Shown piece by piece: positions 48,964 to 58,900 of a stretch of DNA of 64,000 nt. Each line of letters opens with the position of its first letter. The first letter of the stretch is position 1. The notes below the pieces were generated by a model. That model had not been told where the DNA came from and did no database searches. It saw only the letters and a list, made by a program, of their open reading frames with translations. The stretch comes from an uncultured Candidatus Sumerlaeota bacterium. GTDB lineage: Bacteria; CAYMEV01. The position numbers and the translations under genes were made by a program. The stretch covers positions 1-64,000 of the forward strand of contig CAYMEV010000001.1 of assembly GCA_964389675.1 (NCBI GenBank). Direction: 5' to 3'.

Positions 48964-51900
48964 ATGAAAAAAGAGGATTTCAGAGATCTAAATCTTTTTA
49001 TGGACAAAGACCTGAATAATACAGCCTTCCTCAAAAAATCCGGGTTTGATGTAGAATATTTTAAGAAGGTCACAAATTCCCCAAATATTAAAAGCAAAAT
49101 AAAAAGCATATATCAAACCGGCATTTTCAGCTGTACCGAAGCCTTAAGGCTTTCAATCGCCATTTTTGAAGCCTTTTACACAAATAAGGGCAAGTCATGG
49201 ATCTTCAATACAGATGAAGAAAACCTTAAGAATATAATATATAATTTCAACCAGAGCCTTCTCTACCCTCATACCCTCATTGAATCAAATGCAGAGCTTG
49301 TAAATGACAATTATTTCCTGGGATTTTTTACCATTTTCGCAAGGATACTGAAAACATTCATAATTAATGCCAAGACCAGCCCCGAGAATAAATGGGAATA
49401 TAAATACCCGTACTATGGACTCATGACAGATGAGTATTCACAGTCCCGTTTCAAAAAGGAATATGATCAGTTTCTGGATGTATTCGACAAGCAGAATGTA
49501 TACGGGCTTATGAAAATGAGCCAGGAATGGAAAGGATACACAAGCCTCGATCATACGCTTGGTGTCTACAGCCTGTGCATGTTCATTGGCCTGCAGATGA
49601 AAAGGCTCGGCTTTCCCGTTGACCTTGCAATACTGTCAGGAGCCTCAATCGGCCATGATATAGGCAAGTACGGATGTGTTGGCGAAGAACTGAAGCAGAT
49701 AGCATATTATCATTATTTTTATACCAAAGAATGGTATGACAGGAATGGATTGTACAACCTCTCCCATTATGCTACAAACCACAGCACCTGGGACCTTGAA
49801 GAACTCAGGCTCCCAAATGAAACAATAATATTGATATATTCGGACTTCCGAGTAAAATCAAGAACATATCCCGACGGCTCGTCGCGCATGGCCATATACA
49901 GCAATAAAGAATCCTTCGATGTTATCAGAGATAAGCTTGATAACCTGGATGATAAAAAGCTGGACAGGTACAGAAGAGTGTACAGAAAACTTGAAGACCT
50001 GGAAAGAATGTTCATTACTCTCGGAATTAATACTGATGTTGAAAGCGGAATCAGCCTGGAGGACTATGGACAGAGGCACAGTGACTTCAATGCGATCTGT
50101 ATTGTTAACGGGAATGTAAACTCGGATTTTATAGGAATACTGCCTAATTCCCAGATACTGGATGCAGCAAAGACACTTGCAGTCGCACACAATATATTCG
50201 TCATGGATAAGATCAGGGATTCATTCTCTCTCAAAAGGCTTTTTGAAGATGCCAGGCAGGAAAAGACAAAGAACGATCTCAGGATCTATCTAAGCATTAT
50301 AGAAGCATATTCTGACTTTCTTACTCTTGAACAGAGAGAGCTTTGCATTGGCTTTCTCTTTGACCTTCTCAGCCACCCTGATGACGATATAAGGTATCAC
50401 AGCGCTGATACTATAGGCAAATTCCTCGCAGAGATGAGGGAAGCATACACCAGGTACCTCCCCCCCGGCAAAACGCACATGGTGATTGATAAATCTGACA
50501 AGTATCTCCTGAAGATATTTTCTCTGCTTGATTATGTTGAACCGTCAGACCCTGAGGGATATCTGACGGAAAAGAAGCTGTACAATGTCACAGTATCGCT
50601 TAGAAAGCTGCTTAAGACAGCAAAAGGTGAAAAGAAGGAAGAATTCGGCAAGCAGGTAATAAAAACCATCATTAAAAAGAGTGCAGGGGCAAAACCTCTT
50701 CAACTCCTGTATCTTACGGAGATAATATCTGATGCAAGCAGCAATATCAGCAATGAGAACCTGCTGGTGGCAATTCCGATGCTATTTGAGAACCTCTCGC
50801 ACAATGACAGAAGAATTAGGCTGATGACTCTCAGGGCTTTTCTGACATTAAGCAGAAGAGATCTCTGGAGGGACCTGGTCGATGAGCACAGAAGCAGATT
50901 ATGCGGTTCGATAAAAAGAATTCTTGAAATAGATGATAATCCCACTGAAACCTATTCATTATATATATTTCTCAATTCTCTTGATGAGGAAAGCAGGGAT
51001 AAGATCTGCAGTGAGATCAGCAAGGGCAACAGAGACAGAATAGGCCATATTCTGGAGAATATTGACATCAGGCCGATTTTCCTGAGAAATCTGAAGACCA
51101 GTACTCCATGGATTGAAAAGAAGATAAACTGCCAGATGCTTGTTGATATTGCACAGAAGCTTAAGCAAAAAGACCCCGAAAGCTCACTTATAATAGATAT
51201 TGCGATACACCTGGGCAATATCCTTAAAGTAAGCCAGTATGAAGGAACGAGGTTTCAGGCAGGCAGCTCCCTGCTTGAGCTGAGCAGGATGCTGAACCCT
51301 GCACAGCTTAACGAGATAAGCATAGAGCTTCTTAGAACCCTGGAGCAGGAATCCATGGGATTTACACATTATATACCAAGGGTCCTGGGGCAGATAGTAG
51401 CCAAACTGCCGATCGAAGAATTCCTGGAGATATACAATGACATCAAGGAAAAGATCAAGGTAGGGAGCCCTCCATTAAAGGAGCTTTACCTGAAAACGCT
51501 TTCCATAATCCTTTCCCATCTGGATAATGTACAGCACCAGCAGCACAGACTGGATATGAAAATTCTGGGGCTTTTTACAGGTTCTCTCTGTGATATGAAT
51601 CAATATACAAAACAGAAAGCACATTATATAATAGGGTCAAGGATCTTCGGGTCAAAATTTCTTCCGTCAGAAGAGAAAAAAAAGATACTCTGTGCTTCCC
51701 TGAAAAAGATTTTGTCTCTGATTTCAAACAAACCAAATGATTATGTGGACCTTTTCTATTCAGCAACACTGCTGAACAATATTTACATGTTTATATCAGC
51801 CTATGAGTTTGCCAATGGCAGCCTTGACATGCCTAAAGACAAGATTGTCGCCTTCTTCCCGGGAACTTTCGACCCATTCAGCCTGAGTCACCTTGAAATA

Positions 51901-53991
51901 GTCAAAACCTGCCAGAAGGAGGGTTTCGATATCTTTATACAGGTGGATGAGTTCTCATGGAGAAAGAGGACACTTCCTCCGGCAATCAGGAAGAATATAA
52001 TACGCCTCAGCACTTCTCATCTCTTAAACGCATTTATATACCCTGAGATACCGCCTGTAAATCTCGCAAATGAAAATGACCTTCATAGATTATTGAAAGC
52101 TTTTCCCAATAGAGAATTGTATCTGGTTGCCGGAGCTGATGTAATTGTCAATGCATCAGCGTACAAATCCGAGAATAAAAGCCTGATAAAGGAACTCAAC
52201 CATTTTATCGTATTCAGGAAAGACCCTCAGGGGAGGCATATACACAATAATCCTGATTTCAAGAGGATTATCGATAAAATAAAGGGTAATATTATTCTTA
52301 GAGAGCTTGAAGATGTTTTCAATTATATAAACTCAACAAAAATAAGAGACCTTATAGATACGGACGAATCAATAGACCACCTTGTGGATGCAAGGTCAGC
52401 TTCATATATAACTGACAATAACCTTTATATCAGACAGCCTGAAGAAAAACAGAATATCGAACTCTGGGATTTCAAGATAGAGATCAGTAGCATAAGGGAA
52501 ACGCCTGATATTTTTAGCTCACTTCCCTCAAGGCTTTTATCATGTTTTCTATCCAGGAAAAAAAGGTATAATATTTCCTTTGAAAGCCTTTTAAGCGACC
52601 TTAAAAAGAAAAATGCTCATCTGTTCATTATAAAAAGGGCAACACATAACAGGGAATTTATTGGGGTAATCCTGTTTTATAAAATAAGGGAAGATGGGAT
52701 TTTCGGTATTATCAAAGATCCTGCTGTTTCTAAATTTCAAAGGAACAATACCTTCGGCAAAGTTGCCTATATTGATCCAGTATTTATAGAAAATGACAGC
52801 CATATATTCGTCAAAAGCAGGTTTCATCTTTATTTAATCAAAGAAGGCTATCTCTTTGCCCTACAGGAAACAGATCTAAACCTTCTGAAGGAAAAGAACA
52901 GTCTTGCCAGAATTGAAAAAACCGAACACAACTACAATAAAATAATGGGATATTATCAGATCCCTCATGAATTCAAAAGAAAGGAATACAGTTTAAAGCT
53001 CGGCATCATAGACCTTCGAAAACCTCTGATCTTTATAAACAACCTGGAAGATGTACTAAAGGTCCCCTTCAGTCAGCATAGAAAGATCAGGACAAGGATC
53101 CGTAAAAACAGGGAGGCTATACTTAAAATACTGTCAAAAATAAATAAGGAAAGCGCAATAATCTCGCTGAGTTATAAGGACATTGTATTCAATATTATGG
53201 AAAGGATATCCCTCTTAAACGGACAAAACCCCCAGGACCAGTTCCTGTGCATATTATTCGGTAATATATTAGGCAAATATATTGTACCGGGAACAATCAG
53301 CAAAGCGCTTCACGCAGAAAGAGTAGTCAGTTCTGAAGGGAAGCTGATAGGCTTTACACATTCCAAACACTATTACTCCATACCCATACAGTTAAAGACA
53401 ATCAAAGCATTTGGTAAAAGGACCATTCTTTCAGATATACTTGTGCACTCAGCCAGGAGGATCCTTAATATACAGAAAGCAGCAATGAATGTGGGGGTTA
53501 AGATCGAGCGTGTTGTTTCAGGAATTGTTTCCGGACTGGCTAAAGAAATAATGGATGCAAATAATATTGCATCAGAATCAGTATTTTATATCCCCAGGCT
53601 GCACAGCTGGTATGAAGAGCATATGATATATCCGTTTGCAGGAGGGGACAGCATTATTGATTACATGGAACTCCAGGAGCCATTAAACAGGTCAATGCTC
53701 TATATACTGCCGTTCTGCCCCTTTGAACAGCAGCATAATATCAGTGTGAATGACAGGATTGTCTTCTCCCAGTATGCCCTTGAAAATGCCTATAACCTTT
53801 TCAGGGATATAGAGGAGATCTACCTTGAATACAAGAAGAAGAACCTTATCCTTGAAAATATACAGGAAGTACTGGAGAATCCCAAAATTCCCGTATATAA
53901 CCCGTTGCATACCCCCAATAACCAGGAGATGCTCTCTGATCTGTTATTGAAAGATATAGACACACTCAAAAGATTCCATATCATTGCATAA
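48964..53991 (+). CDS. Giant multidomain protein: HD domain, HEAT-like repeats, NadD-like nucleotidyltransferase, possible GNAT, degenerate PRTase-like C-terminus
   Basis: DHTLGV/GHDIGK/YSDFR; FPGTFDPFSLSH, LVAGAD, NSTKIR; ILSDILVHSA; AGGAGG RBS. Confidence 0.75.
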   Translation: MKKEDFRDLNLFMDKDLNNTAFLKKSGFDVEYFKKVTNSPNIKSKIKSIYQTGIFSCTEALRLSIAIFEAFYTNKGKSWIFNTDEENLKNIIYNFNQSLLYPHTLIESNAELVNDNYFLGFFTIFARILKTFIINAKTSPENKWEYKYPYYGLMTDEYSQSRFKKEYDQFLDVFDKQNVYGLMKMSQEWKGYTSLDHTLGVYSLCMFIGLQMKRLGFPVDLAILSGASIGHDIGKYGCVGEELKQIAYYHYFYTKEWYDRNGLYNLSHYATNHSTWDLEELRLPNETIILIYSDFRVKSRTYPDGSSRMAIYSNKESFDVIRDKLDNLDDKKLDRYRRVYRKLEDLERMFITLGINTDVESGISLEDYGQRHSDFNAICIVNGNVNSDFIGILPNSQILDAAKTLAVAHNIFVMDKIRDSFSLKRLFEDARQEKTKNDLRIYLSIIEAYSDFLTLEQRELCIGFLFDLLSHPDDDIRYHSADTIGKFLAEMREAYTRYLPPGKTHMVIDKSDKYLLKIFSLLDYVEPSDPEGYLTEKKLYNVTVSLRKLLKTAKGEKKEEFGKQVIKTIIKKSAGAKPLQLLYLTEIISDASSNISNENLLVAIPMLFENLSHNDRRIRLMTLRAFLTLSRRDLWRDLVDEHRSRLCGSIKRILEIDDNPTETYSLYIFLNSLDEESRDKICSEISKGNRDRIGHILENIDIRPIFLRNLKTSTPWIEKKINCQMLVDIAQKLKQKDPESSLIIDIAIHLGNILKVSQYEGTRFQAGSSLLELSRMLNPAQLNEISIELLRTLEQESMGFTHYIPRVLGQIVAKLPIEEFLEIYNDIKEKIKVGSPPLKELYLKTLSIILSHLDNVQHQQHRLDMKILGLFTGSLCDMNQYTKQKAHYIIGSRIFGSKFLPSEEKKKILCASLKKILSLISNKPNDYVDLFYSATLLNNIYMFISAYEFANGSLDMPKDKIVAFFPGTFDPFSLSHLEIVKTCQKEGFDIFIQVDEFSWRKRTLPPAIRKNIIRLSTSHLLNAFIYPEIPPVNLANENDLHRLLKAFPNRELYLVAGADVIVNASAYKSENKSLIKELNHFIVFRKDPQGRHIHNNPDFKRIIDKIKGNIILRELEDVFNYINSTKIRDLIDTDESIDHLVDARSASYITDNNLYIRQPEEKQNIELWDFKIEISSIRETPDIFSSLPSRLLSCFLSRKKRYNISFESLLSDLKKKNAHLFIIKRATHNREFIGVILFYKIREDGIFGIIKDPAVSKFQRNNTFGKVAYIDPVFIENDSHIFVKSRFHLYLIKEGYLFALQETDLNLLKEKNSLARIEKTEHNYNKIMGYYQIPHEFKRKEYSLKLGIIDLRKPLIFINNLEDVLKVPFSQHRKIRTRIRKNREAILKILSKINKESAIISLSYKDIVFNIMERISLLNGQNPQDQFLCILFGNILGKYIVPGTISKALHAERVVSSEGKLIGFTHSKHYYSIPIQLKTIKAFGKRTILSDILVHSARRILNIQKAAMNVGVKIERVVSGIVSGLAKEIMDANNIASESVFYIPRLHSWYEEHMIYPFAGGDSIIDYMELQEPLNRSMLYILPFCPFEQQHNISVNDRIVFSQYALENAYNLFRDIEEIYLEYKKKNLILENIQEVLENPKIPVYNPLHTPNNQEMLSDLLLKDIDTLKRFHIIA

Positions 53992-54011
53992 ATATATAAG
54001 GAGCATTTAAT

Positions 54012-55094
54012 TTGGATATTAATAAAATTGAATATAGTTTAGAATCATATGGCGAGATACTGCCATGTCCGGATTTAAGAACAGATCCTCTGGATACACT
54101 GATAAGGACAGAAGAATATATCGCAGACAGCAGCATATATATTAACAAAAAAAGGGAGAAAGAGATATTCAGAGTATTCAACCATCAAAATAAAAAGAAG
54201 AAGATACTGGTCTACGGGCTCGGAAATGTTGGAGGAACAGTGCTCATATCATTAAGATTGCTTCTAAACAGTGAGTTTGCTGAACATATTGCAATCTATG
54301 ACAAAAATCCAAAACTTGCTGAAAGATACGAACTTGAGGTAAATCAGATCCACCCGCCTAAACCAGAAAAGCAGGTGGAGGTAAGGATACTTGAAAATTT
54401 TGATAAGATCCCTGAATATGATATAATCGTTTTTGCAGCCGCTGCACACATTCCTCCCCTGGAATCAGCAAGGATCAATGTCCGGGATATACAGTTTCCC
54501 GGGAACAGAAGGATACTTGACAGCCTTATAGAACCTCTTAAGAACACTGGCTTTATGGGTAATATCATAATTGTAAGTGACCCTGTTGATATATTATGCA
54601 CATACCTGTTCAATAAGCTAAACATCCTGTCTTCACAGATAACAGGAATGGGGCTTGGTGTCATGGCTGCAAGAGCTAATTATATACTTGAAAAACAGGG
54701 GTATCATGAATTTTATGAAAAGGGCCAGATCTTCGGGCCCCATAATGAAGGTGTCATTGCAATACCCGATAAGGATAGATCAACTAAGGAAGAGATTATT
54801 AACCTCAGTTATAATATAGAAAACCTGAATTTCATTGTCAGGGAAAAGGGATACTATCCGTATATAGCACCAGCGATCAGCTCTGTTGCATATAATATAC
54901 TCTATGCACTTCTTGGACATGATATACTCTCCTGCGTCTATATAGACGGCATATACTGGGGATTTAGATCAAGGTATCTCAATGGCCTCTGGTATCCGGT
55001 AATACAGACAACAAATATAAAGCATATGGATCTTATCAGGGACAGATTTCTTGATTTTAAGAAAAGGACATCCCATGTCCTGAATCAGATATAA
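54012..55094 (+). CDS. Lactate/malate dehydrogenase-like protein (divergent active site)
   Basis: GLGNVG Rossmann motif, IYD, IVSDPVD, GLGVMAAR, FGPH; TTG start after AAGGAG. Confidence 0.75.
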   Translation: MDINKIEYSLESYGEILPCPDLRTDPLDTLIRTEEYIADSSIYINKKREKEIFRVFNHQNKKKKILVYGLGNVGGTVLISLRLLLNSEFAEHIAIYDKNPKLAERYELEVNQIHPPKPEKQVEVRILENFDKIPEYDIIVFAAAAHIPPLESARINVRDIQFPGNRRILDSLIEPLKNTGFMGNIIIVSDPVDILCTYLFNKLNILSSQITGMGLGVMAARANYILEKQGYHEFYEKGQIFGPHNEGVIAIPDKDRSTKEEIINLSYNIENLNFIVREKGYYPYIAPAISSVAYNILYALLGHDILSCVYIDGIYWGFRSRYLNGLWYPVIQTTNIKHMDLIRDRFLDFKKRTSHVLNQI

Positions 55095-55213
55095 AACGCA
55101 GAATTTTTTATTATACCATTCTATTCTTTTCGGTTTTTCTGCTTTAGAGAAAGTGCCTTTCTGCCATGCAGTCTTCTTAATCCAATTAAATGCAGTTTCA
55201 GCTGAAATTGGCT

Positions 55214-55789
55214 TTAAACTTCAGACCATGTCCCATAAAATTCACAATAAGGGTCCCCAAGGGTAACACACTTTCTTTCCGTCATTTCAACAGTTTTCAA
55301 ATGGCAGGCTTCTATTATGCCCTCGCAATACCCCATCATGGAAAAGCAGAAGGCCCTGTGGGGAGTCTTGAAATCATAAAGTTTTATACATCCTGAATCA
55401 GGCTCTTCGGAGGATACTTCCAGCCATCCGTGGTCATGTATCTGCTTCCACATTCTTGGTGCACGCATCAGGGTAAACAGAGGATTCCCAAGCCGCAAAA
55501 AAAGCGCAAGAGCTCTCGGGACTCCCTTTAGTGCCTGATAATGCCCTATATTTCTGCATATCTGATAATTGCCCTTTCCCAGCACTCTATCCGATGCTTT
55601 CAGAAAATCTATATAAGCCTTTTCAGAATACCAGGAGCCTGAAAGGATACTCCTGTCGATGATCTCCTTTGATTCAGGCTCCAGAAGATCAATCGCCTTC
55701 GTCAGGGCATCTTCGCCGTATACATCCCTGATATGCTCTTTTGCAAGCCTTACAGATAAACCTCTGATATTTGCCTTGATATTTGTTAT
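55214..55789 (-). CDS. V4R-like / myxobacterial DUF2378-like protein, probable ATA start
   Basis: Frame open from 55813; ILSGSWYS motif; C-terminal C...GY...C-x5-C; AAGGAG 7 nt before ATA. Confidence 0.65.
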   Translation of the reverse strand: MTNIKANIRGLSVRLAKEHIRDVYGEDALTKAIDLLEPESKEIIDRSILSGSWYSEKAYIDFLKASDRVLGKGNYQICRNIGHYQALKGVPRALALFLRLGNPLFTLMRAPRMWKQIHDHGWLEVSSEEPDSGCIKLYDFKTPHRAFCFSMMGYCEGIIEACHLKTVEMTERKCVTLGDPYCEFYGTWSEV

Positions 55790-55810
55790 TATACTGCTCC
55801 TTAGTCTTAT

Positions 55811-55839
55811 ATTTTATAATAATGCATTGTATTTGTCAA
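55811..55839 (-). promoter_or_regulatory. Putative sigma70 promoter of the V4R-like gene
   Basis: TTGACA-N17-TAAAAT on minus strand, just upstream of the RBS. Confidence 0.6.
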
Positions 55840-55958
55840 AGGCTGGAAATATTTTTTTTAATAATGCCACTTAATCAGATGCTGAATAAAGGTACTTGCC
55901 CTTTTATTATTTATTTCTTAACAGGCATTTTAGATACAATAATATTTTTAATTATGTA

Positions 55959-58900
55959 TCAGTTAACAAAAGCATCTTTTTTAATTCTGTCTATCATCAG
56001 TTTATATTCATAATTCCTGGTTTTTTTATAAAGCTCACCAAGGCTTTTTAATGCTTCTGTCCTGCAATTTTCTGAGCCATCAAGCATATAGATCTCAAAA
56101 TTCACAAGTGCATTCTCCTGCAGGCATCCTTCATATTTCTTTTTGAGTTTTTTTAAGATATCTAATGCAATTTTCTTATCTTTATTTGCATGAATTCTGG
56201 CATGTAATATTTTTGAATCAAAAAGGAAGCTCTTATTTCCCAATTCTTCAGCTATTTTCTCAGCCTCAGTTATAAAGTCCAGGGCTGTCTCATAACCCCC
56301 GGTTTCAAATGAGATCCTTGCCTTTTCAATAAATATGAAACAGGAATCATACCTGACATTTACCCTTTTTGAAAGCTTCAGTGATCTATCAATAAAGCCC
56401 GATGCACTTTCCAGCTCATTCATCATCCTGTAAACAGATGCAATATTGCAGTAAGCAAGGCTTTCAGCCTTATAATCGCCTAATTCCTTTGCAATTGACG
56501 CAGTGGAATTATATAAAGCAATTGACCTTTTATAATTTCCTTTCAGCCTGTATAACCAGGCTTTATATGAACTAAGTTCGCATAATGCCGGCTTATCACC
56601 AATTTCCTGCGCTATTTTTCTGCTTTCTTCAATATATTTAAGGCTGTTTAAAAAATCACCTTTTTCAATGAGGGTTTTGCCCATATTTGCTGTAGAAAGT
56701 ATGATCCCCTTTTTATTTGCAATCTCTTTTGCTGTTTTCAGCTGTATTTCAAAGCTTGCTAATGCTTCGTCAAATTTCCCCATATCACTGTATAATACTC
56801 CTATGTTCCCTGTAATAAGGCACAGGCCCAATTTATCTCCAATTTCAATAAAAAGGGCTTTAGCCTTCTCATAACGCTCTAATGCTTCTTCCATATAACC
56901 CTGGACATGGTAGAGTATTCCAAGGTTACCGTTTACCGTGCTTAAGTTACCCTTATCACCAATCTCTTTTGATATTTCTTCTTTCATGAGATAATACTTC
57001 AGGGCCTTATCCATATTGCCTGTATTTGAATATACACGCCCTATACTGCCCAGCGCGCTGGCTGAATTCCTTTTATTCCCGCTCTTTTCAGCAGTTTCAT
57101 AGGAAGCCCTGTAATACTCCATTGCCTTCTCATAGTTTCCCTGCTCAACATAAGCATTGCCCATATTCCCTGAAGCTGAGCTCATTCCAGTCATATCCCC
57201 GGTTTCTTCAGCAGAATGAAGCTGATATAAGAAGTACTGCCTGGCCTCATCATACTTATTCTGGCGGAAATAGAGCTTTCCCATATTCCCGTATGATATT
57301 GCAAGTTCATTTTTATTCCCAAATTCTACAGCTGTTTCAATGGTTTCTCTGCATATATCATAAGCCTCGTCCATATCTCCTTTCATATGGAGTAAGCATA
57401 TAAGCTGGTTTTGAAACTTTAACTGATATAGGATATTATTCATGCTTTTTGCTTTTTTTATAAGGCCCCTTAATTCATCTATGCACTGATCTGTCCTGCC
57501 TATTAACTCGAGTATAGTTATCCTGTGAAAATTATATTCAAAAAGCTTTTCGCTTTCATCGCACATTTGCAGTAATACATCAAAGCATTCCAGTGCTTTC
57601 TGGTTCTCAAACCTTTTTGTGAAATAGAAGGCTGACTTATTATAATACTCAATTGCTTTGCTTTTTTCTTCTGCATTATAGTAATGATATGCAATCTCAT
57701 AATATCTGTTTTCAGATCCCTTATATGCCTCTTCAATATTCCTGGCAGCATATAAATGACACTTTCTAAGCGTTGATTTTAGCTGCATTTCATAAGCTGT
57801 TTTCTGCAATAGCGCATGTTTGAATATATATTTAAGCAGGGAGAGCTTCATCCATATGTTTTTATTCTCTAACTGCTCAAGCTTTTCCTGTTCATGCACA
57901 GTCTGCGGAAGCAAACCAAGCCCCTTTATAATCTTCCGGAGTATGGCTATCTCAAACTCCCTTCCCAGTACTGATGCAACTTTCACTATCTGCTTTAGAT
58001 CTGTTACAAGCCTGTCAATCCTGGCAATGATTATTGAATATATGCTCTCAGGAATTGATATATCCTTCAGGGATTTACCCATCAGCCTGTTTTCCTTAAT
58101 ATACTGAATAATCTGCTCAAGATAAAAAGGGTTATTTTCTGCTTTTGAAATAATCAGCTTTTTTAAGGGTTCTTCTGCTTTGATATGTTCATTTATCAAT
58201 GATTCAGCTTCCCTGTCATTAAGCCTGTCAATTACTATTTCGCGCTGGACTATCTCTTTATCAACCTTCAGGACAGGCTTTCCGCCATCATCATCGAAAC
58301 GGCTTGTTCCTGCAATCAGGAAAGGATAATCATTCCCTGTCCTGCATAACAGCCTGAATACTTCCTGAGTACCTTCATCCAGGTACTGTATATCTTCTAT
58401 GCATATTATCAATGGCTTCAACAGGCTTAATGCCTTTAAGAGTTCATTATAGGCTGTTACGGTATTTTCATACCTCCCCCTGGAATCAAGGGAAGAATAA
58501 TATGGATCATTAATATCCAGGCCCAGCTGTGCTGAAATTACTGATTTCAGCCTGATAAGTTCACCCAGAACATTATCAGCCCTGGCATCCTTAAGCTTTT
58601 TCAGGCTTTTCAGCATTCTTTCATAGACTGAATTGAACTGCTCTGGATCTGCCTTTCCTGATTGCCTGAAATAGTTTAAGGCAAAATATTTAAGAGGGTT
58701 GAAGCCTGTTTTAAGCAGATTATCTGATTGCATGAATGCTGCAAACGCGCTTTCTTTCCTGACAAATTCGTCAAGCAGACGGCTTTTGCCAATTCCAGCT
58801 TCTCCGTATATGATTATGATACCTCCGAATTTTCCGTTATATACAGGTTTTGCACTTTCTTTTAAAAGGCTTAATTCATCCTGCCTGCCTATCATTTCAT

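Noticed and set aside
48964-55094. Interpreting the giant gene pair as an antiphage defence system
   Set aside because: No nuclease, TIR/SIR2 or membrane effector and no defence or mobile neighbours; the context is metabolic. Not fully excluded
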